DNA from: Rhizophagus irregularis | Lineage: Eukaryota | Reading direction: 5' to 3' | NCBI RefSeq assembly: GCF_026210795.1 | Contig: NC_089434.1 | Coordinates: forward strand, 3,906,001 to 3,970,000 | Length of the DNA: 64,000 nucleotides | Part shown: piece by piece, positions 1 through 13,083 of the stretch | How positions within the stretch are numbered: the stretch's first letter is position 1 | Layout of the letters: the number at the start of each line of letters is the position of its first letter | Position numbers and translations under genes: made by a program | The notes under the pieces: model-generated | The model's input: the letters and a program-made list of their open reading frames with translations, nothing else | Databases searched by the model: none | What the model was told of the DNA's origin: nothing

Positions 1-2155
1 TCTATAAAAGTATACAAGCAATTGATTAATTAAATAATAGTTTAATACTATTTACTATTTACAGTTTTGTAATAATCTACGTATATTAATTTGCAAATTA
101 GATTTTAGATGATATAATAGAATTTCATTTTTTGCTGTTCTAATATTAACTTATTAAGTTTAGTCCAAATCTTAATAATTCATTAATTTCTACAATAAAA
201 TATTTATTGAGAATGTAATTATCGACAAGTAGTATTTTTATGCATTAAAATTGTATTATAAATTTGAAAATGTTGTAAATATAAATATAAATAAATATAA
301 GAAATACGTTTGAAGGAGTTAGAATAATTTTTTTTTAAAAAAAAAAATAAATATAAAAAAGTCTGCGCCCGCGTAAAAAGTTTCATTAACTATTGTCTGT
401 TAACAAACTATTTATTTTATTCTTATTAGTGTTAAATTATCGAAGCAAGTTAATTATTGTCTGGAATATGAATTTTTATAGATTTTTAATGATTATCGAA
501 TTTTTTGTTATTGGTCAAAATTACAGAAAAAAATAACATTTAATATTATAATTAACCTTTTTATACATAATTTTTACAATTTTTAAGAATAAAAACTCGA
601 TAAACTTAGTTTCCGCAGCAACCTAGAAAATAAATTATAAAGTAAAATTATCTATAATTGAAGAATTCAAATAAATCAATTATTATAACTTACAGAAATC
701 TTAAAATTTTAAATGATATCATTTTAATGTTATTTAACATTGATATAATATTCTATAATTCGGATATTCATGATTCAGTTCTTATTTAAAAAAATTATTA
801 AACTCTATTAAAATAAAACTAAATGGATCCTATTAAATCGACACACTCTATTAAAAAAAAGTCAAATGTACCTTTCAAAGATTATCAAATTCACAAGTAT
901 TGTGCGTCTATCCTAACAACTTATACTGTATGTCCTAAACAATTAAAGTGTTATTGATTATATAAATTTCTCAGAAAAATTTGTAAGTTTATTAATAAAT
1001 TACACTATTTTTATTTTTATTGTCATACAGTATAATAGGAATAGTTAAATATTAATAAAGGTAATAAACCTACCCAGAAAAGGACAAACATATTCACTTT
1101 TCGTTAAATTGTTATAAAAAGTAATTTTATGTTTTGAGAGAAGCTGTAAAATGTTTCGTAATATATTTTAGTGTCGTTAAGATATTTTTGTTAATAAAAA
1201 TGAGAAATTTTTTAATCAATAGGTTTTTAAAGCTTATTTAAAGTTAATTGCAGCTTTAAATTAATAGTATCATCGCCTTATTAAAAGCCTATTTAACTAC
1301 AAGGATTAATAAATTTAATGTCTGATTAAAAAGCATTATAATTAGTATCTGGTACTAACTTTCATTTTATCACGACCTCTTACAAAGAATGATTATCAAT
1401 AATTACAAATTAAACCACGAATGGTAATCTCTCACTAAATTAAAATAAGGGGCGTTCTTGTGTATCAAATTTCAAATGATTGTCATTTTAACCGGTTAGC
1501 AAACAATTTTTATAAACAATATTAATTTTTTAATTTTCGAATTTTGAGATACCCTGTTTATTTTATTTTCAAATAAAACTAAAAAACTATTTAAGGTATT
1601 CTTCATTCTTGTGTACCAAAATTTCATGATGTTACTGATATAAAATTCAACGATATAAATTTATACAGAAAATGTCGTATTAAATACTTTCAATAATTAT
1701 CTTTTTGTTGTTAGACCATGATAAAATTCCCTAATTCGAAAATAAAAAACAGTCGTCGATTATTAAATATCGGCCATAATGGTCTAATAAAAGTTTTATT
1801 TTCCTAAAATTTTGATGATTATTTTCGAATGACCGAACAAATCTTTTATACCTTTATTTTTCACATACCCACCAGGCGTTATTGGCTAAACATATATAGT
1901 AATATACTAGTAAAAAAAAAATATTCTAATTTACGATTTGGCTTGACAAATTTTTATATAAATATGCATTATTTATCCTTCAACTATTTTATCATTCACA
2001 TCATTAGTTTAATTTTAATATTCTTGATATAATCATCCAATGTTTTTTAATTTTTTCCTTTTTAATTTTTGATTTTCTTCTCGTAGGGAGCGCTTTTTTA
2101 CAATTTATAATTTTTATCATTCCATTTATTGCTTTTAATAATATGACACAACTTA

Positions 2156-4070
2156 TTTTTTTTTTTTTTTTTAAACAAAGGACAATATTTATTATAAAAG
2201 AAAAATATACAAAATTGAACTAATCTAGTTTAAATACAAGATCGAATAAAAACTAATAAAAAAAATGGTGACTTAAGAATATATGTTCAAAAGAACTATC
2301 TACCGTCATGCCTGCCCAAATACTTTCACATGCATAAGCACCCTACCAGTATTCGTACATCCTTTGGTGACTAGATCAAAAATATTTTTCTAAAAAAAAA
2401 AAACACACTATAAAACAAAAAGAAAATTATTCTAAAACCTAAAAAAATTTAGTATATCCTAAATTAATTTACGTAAAACATCTAAAATTTCTGCTAAGAC
2501 CTTTGATCGTGATGTTTTACGGGACTTATCTTTCTTCTGCTTTTTATGCTTCTCAGATTTTGCCTCTTGTGGTTTCTTTTTAGAATTCTTAGAATTCTGT
2601 TTACTTTTATCAGTCTGTCGACTTCCTGAAGTTCGTTGCCGGTCCTTGTTGGTATTATTACCAAATGACCTTGTTCGTTGCGATGGAGAATCATGTCGAT
2701 TCCAAGACAGGTGCAATTGCTCCCAATCAAATTGATTATCTAATGCTGTACGCATATCAACCCACTTTTCAAAATAACCAATAAGTTTACGATCCCCCCT
2801 TGCAGTCTGTATAATTTTAAAGCTTTTCAAACCCTTAATCGCAGAAAGGAATGAATGTGGGCAATGGTCTTTCCATAAGGCTGCTATCGTCATCAATTCT
2901 GGAATTTTTCGAATCGTAGCTTGGAACTTCTCACGTTGTTTTCTTTCTTTGAGTGTCCACCTTGCTGGAAACCATCGAACCGGTATCCCCCCTAAATCCG
3001 TAGTCCAAACAGGATCATCATTACCTTCGAACTGGGTAAGACGCAAAGAATTTAATTCTATCTTCAAACGAACTGTTTGGTATTTCTTTTGTTGTTTCAT
3101 TTGTAATGAGATAGTATTCCCCCAAAATGTTAACTTTTGCAGAATTTCTTCTGGCGTCCAGGATACTGGGATATCATAAACCAAAATGTCTCTGACTTGT
3201 GATGTACCATCATCACCTGGTTTATGACCTGTAATAACTTGCTGAATTATATTTTTATTTGACTTCTTTTTTTTATTCGAAGATTTTGTCAAATTAGATA
3301 AATTATTATCTGGTTGTTGTAATAGCTGCGGCTGAGGCATTGTAACATCCAGATTAGATACTGGTTCTACTGGTGTGACGTCCATATCAAAAGGTTGATC
3401 AACATGTGATTGAGATCCAGAGGCATCCGCAATCGACCGATTTATATTAACATCTTGATCATCACCTATTTGATCATCATCATCAACAGTATTTCGCATA
3501 TAATCATCTGATTCATCATTTGTTAATGGATCAGAATCAGAATCAACAGTTTGGTGTTTTTTTCTTTTTATTCTTTTTAGCCTTTCTTTTTTTAGACTTA
3601 TCCTCATGTTTTCTCACAACATTCATTATTTGCTTTCTTTCAGCATATCTCTGTTGTATCCCATCATATACTGCGTTAAAACCATGAGAAGCAGAGTACA
3701 TAGCAACATGTAAAAAAAATGTGAAACTTTGAGGAGTCATTTGGTAATGAGAGGCTCTATTCTCCCAACTGAGTATGTCTTCATTTGTTAATCCAAAATT
3801 TGCTTTTAAAATATTATTTTGAACTTCTGTTGAACGTCCCTTAAAAAATGAAGCACTAAGACTTTCACAATATTGTATATATTGGAAATATGTAGTTTTT
3901 AAAAACCTATTTTCATCACCCATAATAAGCATAGGAAACTTATTTTCGGCTATTTGTATTTTTCTTGTATCTTCCATTTTAATAAAAAACTGAGTAAAAT
4001 AAAATTAAAATTTTACTGCGGAATTGTTATGTTTTTTAATTTTTGAAGGAAGAGTTTTTTTTCCATTCAT
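2156..4070 (-). mobile_element. Complete poly(A)-tailed non-LTR retroposon encoding only an ORF1-like protein (HAL1-like) or an ORF1-like retrocopy
   Basis: T17 run at 2156-2172 is the poly(A) tail on the minus strand; AATAAA at 2188-2193 (minus); exact 18-bp direct repeat ATAATATGACACAACTTA at 2138-2155 and 4071-4088 flanks the unit; about 93-nt 5' leader, one ORF, about 285-nt U-rich 3' UTR. Confidence 0.9.
2459..3977 (-). CDS. ORF1/gag-like nucleic-acid-binding protein of the retroposon, about 505 aa if a 1-nt frameshift is corrected
   Basis: ORFs 3543-3977 and 2459-3607 join into one frame (...KKNKKKK|HQTVDSDSD...) if one base is removed from the A7 run (T at 3557-3563). Acidic low-complexity linker, RRM-like block (VRDILVYDIPVSWTPEEILQKLTFWG...YQTVR...WTTDLGGIPVRWFP), Lys-rich tail. 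No endonuclease or RT motifs. Confidence 0.65.
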
Positions 4071-4075
4071 ATAAT

Positions 4076-4912
4076 ATGACACAACTTATAGGAGATGTTC
4101 TCTTGTTAACCTTTAATGAATTACATGCCGATCTTGCTTCTTTGCATCTGTACTTTAGGAAATTCAAGCTGATGTCATATAGCTGTACCTTTACTTTAGA
4201 ATTATTTTTGAAAAGTTGAAAATCCTTTCAACTACGAAACAAGAATCACGTGAAAAATTCTATAATGTTGTTACTCACTTTTTACCAAATAATTCAGAAT
4301 ATCCTTCGCCACAAAATAATATTGATACCTTTAAATAAATTTCCAAAAGGACCAACGTTCAAATACAACTCACAACATTATGGTTTACAGATATGGTACA
4401 ACTATCAATAAATGATGAAGTCAAGGATTCTAAATACAAAAAAACAAATATTAGAACCAGTAATTTACAAATTAATTTTAATATATAATAATGCAAAGTA
4501 TTTCCATTGGATACCAAGAAGAAATTACTGTATATCAATAAAATCATTTTTTCAAACTTACGTTCCCTTGAACTCAATTTTGATGTTGTGACATAAGTTT
4601 ACTAATATTTGTCAAAATATAACAAACTTGGAGATAAATGAGTGTGATAAGGATACTATAGGTTTAGCTTCATTCATTGAAACACAAAAAAATTTGCAGT
4701 CATCTTTGAGTTTACATTTTGATAATGTAGAAGGACAATACACATTGTTAAACAATATAATTAGAAAAAAAGCTGCAACATTAAAAAAAGTTACAATACA
4801 ACCTATTATTACATTAATTTCACCTATATTTATTCCATCATTATTAAAAAATATACAATATTTAGCTTTAATAATTTTAATAATGAATATGGTAACTTAT
4901 ATGAAAGTGTAA
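4076..4912 (+). pseudogene. F-box/LRR (RNI-like) pseudogene
   Basis: ATG 4076 gives MTQLIGDVLLLTFNELHADLASLH, then frameshifted CTLGNSS*CHIAVPLL* (the SLHSC.LVN..WC..AVP.LW F-box-like motif); SREKFYNVVTHFLP; LRR-like EINECDKDTIGLASFIETQKNLQS. Multiple stops and frameshifts. Confidence 0.75.
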
Positions 4913-4926
4913 AGTGAATCCCACAT

Positions 4927-5480
4927 CAATGCTTTAGCCCCATCGGAGCAGAAACATATAGTTCTGCTCGCACTTTATAGGATCAGTAAATTCGATCCTC
5001 ATTCATCGCACTTCAACTACAAACCACATGACATCTCACTATTCGCAACATCTCCCAAAAAAGAAGAGAGAAGATGCCACAGCCAAAAAGAAAGAGGCGA
5101 CTTTTAATCGGCAATGCAAGAAACTTGGACATGAAATTCTCCAATCTGATAGAGCATACACTCCAGAGGTTTATAATAACATCTCATGAGAATTACATTT
5201 TTCAATGCTTCAACCCCATCGAAGCAAAACTTATAGTTCTGCTCAATCAATAAATTCGATCCTCATCATCGCTCTTCAACTACAAACTACATGACATCTC
5301 ACTATGCGCAACATCCCCAACCAATATAATGTCATCCCGCATGAGAATTACATTTCTCAATGCTTCAACTCCACCAAAGTAAAAACTTATAGTTCTGCTC
5401 AGGCTTTGGGGATCAATAAATTTGATCTTCATCATCGCAACTACAAACCACATGACATCTCATTATCATGTGCAACATCC
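4927..5480 (+). repeat. Three imperfect direct copies of a 130-155 bp unit
   Basis: TCAATGCTT...ATAGTTCTGCTC...AAATTYGATC...AACTACAAACYACATGACATCTCA recurs at about 4927-5057, 5185-5320 and 5340-5480. Confidence 0.85.
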
Positions 5481-7031
5481 TCCAACTCCAATGGTCTACA
5501 ATATCATCCCACATAAGGTGACGTAAATGGGAATATTACATAAACATGACCTCTTTTCCATACCTTCAATACTTTGATACCTCATAATATTATTATGTTT
5601 TCACTAGGGGTGCGAAATAAAAATAACTAAAATAATATGAAAATGACCATCATTTCGATTTTGGCAGTATTTTTTAAGAAATAGCTTTAGTATTGACATT
5701 TAAAATAAAACATATTTAAAATTTTGGCATTTTTTATGAGAGGTATATATTGCTAACAGAAATGCCAAATAATTTCTAATTCAATTAGAAAATTCCTAAA
5801 AATTTGTTTCAAGAAAAAGTTAACACCTCATAAATAAATTTAATTGTAATAGGAGCTATTTTGGGTAATAAAATAAAAATAATATGAGTATTTGAAATTA
5901 CTTTTTTTCATTGCTTTTTAAATAAGCATTCCACTGTTTAATTTGGTATAAAAAGTAATGCTCTAATTGGGATAGTAATGAAGTTATAATCAAATTAGCG
6001 GTATTCTCACCGCCATTATTTTTGCTAGGGACTGTAATATTATTTGTTATTTTACAGATTAAAGAATATCCATTTTCTAAAAGACTATCTCTGTTCGAAA
6101 AAAAATTATTTTTAGGAGAATGAATAAAATAAAGTTAGACATCTACATTATTATGTTTAATGCAAAGCAAAATGTGGTGGAATGATTTGAATAGAGGTAG
6201 TTGATATTTAATCTATTATGAAAGATTAGGATTTATATTACGAAATAAAAAATCAATTTGATTAATTTCTGAAATCAAAGTGAAGAAATAATTGCTTATT
6301 AAAGCTTATATAATTTGATTAATCACTTTTCATCTTGAGAAAAAAAAAAAAATTTAGTTAACTTATACTAGGCTATGTTTTAAAATAGTTTTTTGATTAT
6401 TATTTTTTAAATTCAGTAAAATCAGCACTTCCTTTTAGATTGGGTTTCTAATTAGATAATGTATTACGGTTATTTGATTAAAATATTCGACTTAATAGTT
6501 ATATATCTAATAATTAATTACGAAATTATTTAATATTTGAATCCATTAAACTATAATGTGTGTAATATTGCATGAAAAATTTCTCGTCTTATTATTTATT
6601 TGCTTCGCTTCTACCAGTTGTCAGTTATATTAAGAATCACATTTAGTATAAAATTGCTTTTTTATTCTTTTAAATTTAACTATTAAAGTTAAACTCACTA
6701 TTTAAAACATCAATGAGTGACGTTAAAAATTTTAAATATAATAAAAAATAAAAAATGTATTAAAATAAATTCATCAATTATTTAAACCCTTTAGGACGAA
6801 TCAACCAAAACTATTTATTACGCATAAAATAATATAACCAATGTTAAAATCTTTATTTACATAGAATATTCTTAAATATAAAATCCAATAAATCTATACT
6901 ATGTAAATAAAAAACTAAGATAAAAACTTTTAAAGTATAACAGATAATGAAAGAAAAATAGAAGTAAACTAACTTCAATACACGAATTGATATTTAAACT
7001 ATTTGATTTCAACTTTCACATAAAAGAAACT

Positions 7032-8903
7032 TCATTCAATATTATGTTCATCATCTTGGCAAATTTCATTTAGTTCTATAAAAAAAAAAAATTAGATATA
7101 GAATATTAATAAATTACAAATAATAATAACTTACCTAATAATTCACTTAATTGAACATCCAAGCATTCTGAAACTGTATATTATGTATTTATAGTATTTA
7201 AACGTTAATAAATTTAAATAAAATAATTATAATAATAAGGGAATACTTACTTGGATTTGCTGATGTTGATTGAGCAGTGTAACTAGTGGTCTACTAAAAA
7301 ATAAAAATAACATTAATGTAAAATGAATTATATGATAAAACAAATTAAATTTAATTACCTGAACTAAATTGAAAAGATGATAAATTTGAAGAATTTACTG
7401 GTTTTGGAAGATTTTTGAAATTTAAAAGTCTACTAGTATAAATTGCTTGTGGATGCGTTTTGAAGCTTTTGGATTTATTTTCATTTGACTTGTTTTTGAA
7501 TTTTTCTTCTCTAGTTTTATCACATTCTTTTATTTGAAAATAAATTTCACTATTTTGATTATCGGTACCATTATACCATCTATTTAGTGTTTGATACAAC
7601 TCTTTAGTGGTTGGTCTATTTTTTATTTCAGCATCCCAACATTTTATTATCAAATCTGCAAGTAACTTTGGTATGTCTTTAGAAATCGTTGGTCTAAACC
7701 CTTTACATATTTTAATAGCTAAAAATTCATCATGAGGAATATCATTAAAAGGAATTTCTTCAGAAAGAAATTCGTTCATTATTATTCCAAATGAGTAAAT
7801 CTCTGCTGCTTTTGTATATTGTCGTTCATGTAAAACTTCTGGTGCCATATATGGTAATACTCCATAAATTCCTTCTTCTTTAACTGTTTGCTTTATATTT
7901 GCTGGTTGACACATTCCTAAATCACTTATATATGGCATATAATTAAATAATATATTGCCTGAATGAAAATCTTTGTGAACTTTTTCAGCATTATGAATAT
8001 CTAAAAGTCCTCTTGCAATTTGTTGTAATTGATCAATTTTTAATTTATAATTGATATAATTTTTAGATTCATTTAAATAATTTCTCAAATTTCCATCATT
8101 ACAATAATATAAAACCATCATATACTCTTTATTTTTTGGATCTTGAGTAATTCCATAACATTGAACAATATCTATAAGATGAATCTGAAGATGAGATTTA
8201 ATCTAATTATCATCAAAAAGGAAAAGTTTTATTAATAAATAAATGTAAATAACAAACTTTATATATAAGACAAAGTAAGTTTAAATTACCTCATTTAAAA
8301 AATCTGAACATATATCAGAAGAATTATTCAAACTTTTCAATGCATATTTATCATATGAAAATCTATACCATATTTGATTTTCAATATCCCAATGATCAAT
8401 ATGTCCTTCAGGCCATTCGGCTGAATAAATCTTACTAAAACCACCTTCTGCAATATAAGTGATATTATGAAATTTTTCAAAAGGTATCCATTCAAGATAT
8501 TTCAAATAATGTACAGCATTAAGTTGTGATTGTTGTATAAATTCATCAATATCTTTATTTCCACTAGTCCAATTTTTAAAGTTATCTTTAAATCTTTTAG
8601 CATTACAGGATTGACACCAATTGTATCCTGTGCCAGGTTCTTTACATTCTCCACATATTCCATATGCTTGTTTTCTTTTTTCTACGTCTCCTATATAAAT
8701 TACTCTTTCATCTACATTTTTTGATTCAATAGTTGAATCAATAATAGGAATTGTAACATGAAACTTTTAATAGACAAAAAGTTATTAATATTTTTAACTA
8801 CGAAAATTCAATAAAATAATTCTAATTATTAAAAATATTAAATTGCCATTACCTGATATTTATCATCATAACCCTTCCATAAATTTTTTGGGGTCTCATC
8901 CAT
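7032..8903 (-). CDS. Tyrosine-kinase-like protein kinase with N-terminal Cys-rich motif, multi-exon
   Basis: Exons 8903-8853, 8763-8290, 8202-7359 and three short tail exons ending ELNEICQDDEHNIE* at 7032, all GT-AG. Motifs CGEC..CQSC..WTSGNKDIDEFIQ, EGGFSKIY, ALK, HKDFHSGN, SDLG, YMAPE. The first tail exon appears to read into an early TAG. Confidence 0.9.
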
Positions 8904-9769
8904 ATTAACTGAGCTGTGGATTATAATTTTAATTTTAGTTATATAAATAAATAACTATGTTACTCAAAATAAATTTCAAAATTATTATGGGCAAAGAAAA
9001 AAATTATAAATTGAACGAAGTTTCGCACATTTGTATTAATTATTTGTATTACTATTTGTATTACTATTTGTACTACAAAAATTACTATTTTTGTAACAAA
9101 GAAAATTCGAAGCAGCAGCTGATCATCATCATAAAAAATAAATCTAACCCGAAATGGTTAAATGAAAAATGCGAAGTAAAATTATTTCGATAATGTAGAT
9201 CATATAATTTTTTTCTGTATTTTCAAAAAAAAAATAAACCTATAATAAAAAAACCATTGCCAAATTATATATCAAAAATAAATTAGTTTGGAATAAAAAT
9301 TCTAATTAATATATTTTTAATTAATGAAAATCAAGGTGGATATAGATTATAGTTCGCACATAAGTTTTTTTTGTCTTTATGCTAGAAAGATAATAATAAT
9401 ATTGTAAGATTGGTTAAATGAACCTTGTCTAGTAAATATGGTAAATGAAGGAAATATAGATAACATTATGAAGATAAAGACTTCTCCAATCATACCTAAT
9501 TACAGAGCATTTGAATTTTACTAAGAAGTTTTAATAATGCTGCTAAAAATAGGTTAATAACATTTTCAATAAAGGTAAATAAAAATGCTGTCTTATTTAC
9601 CTTTTCTATTTTCAAGCTAAAGTATTGACACATTTTTAAATTAAAGTAAAAGAGAGTTAATATTTTTTTATAATGAGAATAAAATAATAAAAAAACTTTT
9701 TCTAATGATTACTTAAGTTTCAGTTATTAGATGAAAGAAAACTATATTCTTCAAAATTTATAATAATTT

Positions 9770-10222
9770 GTGTGCCAGAAGGGAAGGAACCTTATTCTCA
9801 AGTCTCATGCTTTGTATGAATAAAATTTTTGAGAAGCAAATTTTATAGGTTTTTTCTATGGAAGTTGGCTAGGTTTTTGACTGATTTGGCGCATGGAGAC
9901 GAAACGTGGAAAAAGGTCGAGCTACGCGCTAGGATATATAGTAGTTTCTCTAGATTAGTCAGTGTTTTCTATAGACATTAGTCTTCGTGTTTTAGATTAG
10001 TTATTAGTGTTAGTAGATAGTTTTTTTCGTTTAGATATAGGATAGGTATAGGAGGTACTTTTTCTTTTTCTGTTTGTTTTTGTTTTTGTTTGTGCTTTTT
10101 TTTAGGATAGATTGAACTCTGTTATAGAGGCGTTTCGTGTTTGCACGGGCGCTCCTAGGTATTTCAATGTAAAAATTCTATCCTAAATAAAGAAATGCGT
10201 TACAGTTTTTTTTTTTAAAAAA
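9770..10222 (+). mobile_element. 5'-truncated retroposon end (3' UTR plus tail) with probable TSD
   Basis: U-rich tract with GC-rich hairpin, AATAAA near 10186, T-run then A-run at 10206-10226; flanking repeat AAAATTTATAAT(A/T)ATTT at 9753-9769 and 10223-10239. Confidence 0.55.
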
Positions 10223-13083
10223 AAAATTTATAATTATTTTGCATAAATTACCAATGAAAAATTGAAAAATAAATCATCTCAATTTTTTAGGTTTCTATAG
10301 GAGTGTTACTGTAACACCTTATTTATTCCTTTAATTATATTTGAAACTGTTGTTTGGAGTTCTTCATTCCTAGAACTCTGATACCAATAAACAAGAAGTT
10401 ACTTTAATTTTGAAAATGCGACCAGGCTATTTATCAAAAAAAAAAAAAGAAAAAAAAATATTTTACATACTAAATATGGCATAATGATGCATTTATATTA
10501 TTAAATGAATTATGAATACATTAATGAAAAAATTTTTTTATTGAATATATATTTGCTTGAATAATGATATTATAATTTTTAAACAAATTTTTTTTAAGTA
10601 GAAATAGAACATTATAATTTTTTAACTGGAAACAAAGAATTTTTTTTATATATATTTTTTATAATCATAGTAAAGTAAATACAATTAAATTAATATTCAG
10701 TTACAATATTGGCAATATGAATATAATCAAAACAATTATATAAAAAAATTTAATATAACAAAATGTTTTTATTATAAGTAGGAAAAAAAATGCTACATTT
10801 TTATTATAAAAATATACAAAATTTTTTACAAAATGGAGTTGTTTCAACAATAGGACGAGTTTGAAGACTTTGTTTACAAATATTTTATTAGCAAAAAACT
10901 TCAAAAAAGCCAAAAATATCATCAGAAACCTTATAGGACAAAATAGACAGACTATTTTTCAGGCACAAAAGACATATAGATATAGGTACAAATTCAAAGA
11001 TAAGGTTAAAAGTAGTAGAAACTTTATTAAGGAGTTGTTTGAAACAGTTTCTAGAAAACATTTTAGAGTTCTTCAATAATTAGGAAAATAAAATTTGAAT
11101 CTTCATATTTAAGGATATGCCAAAAATTAGCTGATTTGATAAGAAGTGGCCTGCAATCAAGTTTCACAATGTATCTTTTATAGTAATATTACATTTTTAC
11201 AACTAAAATATCTTACATGGATATGAATTCATTTTTATGTTTTCAAAATTGTGAAAAAGAATTCCATGGTTAATATAAATATATATTAAAAAAATTGTGT
11301 CACCTAATATATAAAGTGTTTAGCAATGTTGTTTTTAATAAATTAAGATTTAAGAGTCATTAATAAGTCACTTTCTTCTCTTTAGTCACATGTATCCACT
11401 AACCAGTCCTAATTTTTTAAATAATAAATCCACCTTTATAATCACAATATTAAGTACAAATTGTTGGTACAAGGTTATTAATAATTTGTAATCACAAATA
11501 ATTTTAATATACTATTAATGCAACAGGAGAGAGGAATCATCACATGTTAACTGGCTCAGTTCGAGTTTAGCAACCATTGATTATAATATACAATAATGTG
11601 AATTTATATTAATATTTACCAATATAATTACTGCTGTACATTGCTACTAGATCTATATATTAAGTCTTTTTATCCACATATTGGCCTTCTTTTACTTCTT
11701 TGTATGTAACCTTAAATTTAGTCTTGAAGTATCTTATTTTTGAATCCCAAATTTCTAGTACTTTTGTATTATTGATTTTAATTTGCATGGCTTGGTAGTC
11801 TTTTTACATTGCAAAATATACTATAAATATTCTAGACTTATCTGTCTTCTATTTATATTACTTTATTTTGAATTTTGATACAGTACATTTTAAATTTAGT
11901 TATTTTCATCCTTTCAATAGTTATATGGTGTTATAACAGATGAAATTTATTTATAATAGCTTAGTATTTTTTTCATTGTATTTTCTTTATAAGTGCCAGT
12001 ATAAAATATATGGATATTATTCTGATTCTTATTAATATTATAAATGTTACCAGTTGACCATATGACACCTTCAAAGTTATGTATTTGTAATGGCAACTGT
12101 GACAAAAAGCTCAGCTATGGGGTGTTTTTATGTAAGTTTATAGAAAATTTTACGTAAATTTACATAAATAATTCAATGAAATTTTAAAGACTCAATATGG
12201 ATTTTAATTTTATGTGTAAAATAATATACTTATATATATATATGATTTTTTTTTATTTAAAATTAAAATAAAATAAATAAAATATATAAATATTATATTT
12301 AATGAGATCCATTAAATATACAATTTTATATTTTATACAAATTCTTGATTTTCTTTATGAATGAATAAAGTTTTTAATTATTTTATGATGTAATTTTGTA
12401 TACATTTGATGTTGTTTACTAGTAGTGTAACAATGGAAGGATTATATGATAGTACCCAATATTTTTGCTAAAAAAATTATAGATTCATTCCTTCAAATAT
12501 CTAATAAATTGATTTTTGACTTCTTTGAAAACCCCTCTTTTAAGAATTGATTTTACAGCCTCATTAGAAGTTTTATATTCATGGATTTCTGACCTCAACT
12601 GAATAGATATTTTAAATAAAATAGATGAAGCAATATTTAGTTATTAGATAATAACTGTATTCTGCAAATATAACTTGTAATTCTAAGTGAAAATATACGA
12701 AATAAAATAGAATACCCAGATGATATAACTATGTGTTTTTAAAATTAAATATCTTCTTTAAAATTATTTTTAATGAATTTTAATAACATTGCTAATAATC
12801 TTGCATTTTGATAGATTTCAGTTATTAAAAATTATATGATTTAATTCACTAAATTTGGATTTTATCTTTTATTATCTGTACAGGTATGTGCAAGCGTGAA
12901 AAGGAGTCTTATTATGAGCAATTAATTCGTTTTTTTCCCCTAAAAAAAAACAAATAATTTAGGATGATTGTCGTACTCATCAATGATTCCTAAGATTTTC
13001 TGAAAGTTTGTAATAAAAAACATTGATGTTAGAAATTAATATTTCTCGTATTGTAAGGCGAAGAAGGATTCAAAGAAAAATTA

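Noticed and set aside
1829..2032. Short F/I/L/K/Y-rich ORFs here and at 8957, 10701, 20686, 33031, 36998, 41356, 45574, 52686, 54353, 55494, 59968 and 63330
   Set aside because: Their composition reflects AT-rich non-coding or repeat DNA; no motifs or splice support.
2320..2352. Hammerhead ribozyme in the retroposon 3' UTR (CUG...hairpin...GAAA)
   Set aside because: The core reads CUGGUAG, not CUGANGA, and the strand needed for stem III overlaps the core.
3543..3607. Programmed ribosomal frameshift between the two overlapping retroposon ORFs
   Set aside because: The shift needed is +1 in an A7 run with no evident stimulatory structure; a homopolymer indel or sequencing error is simpler.
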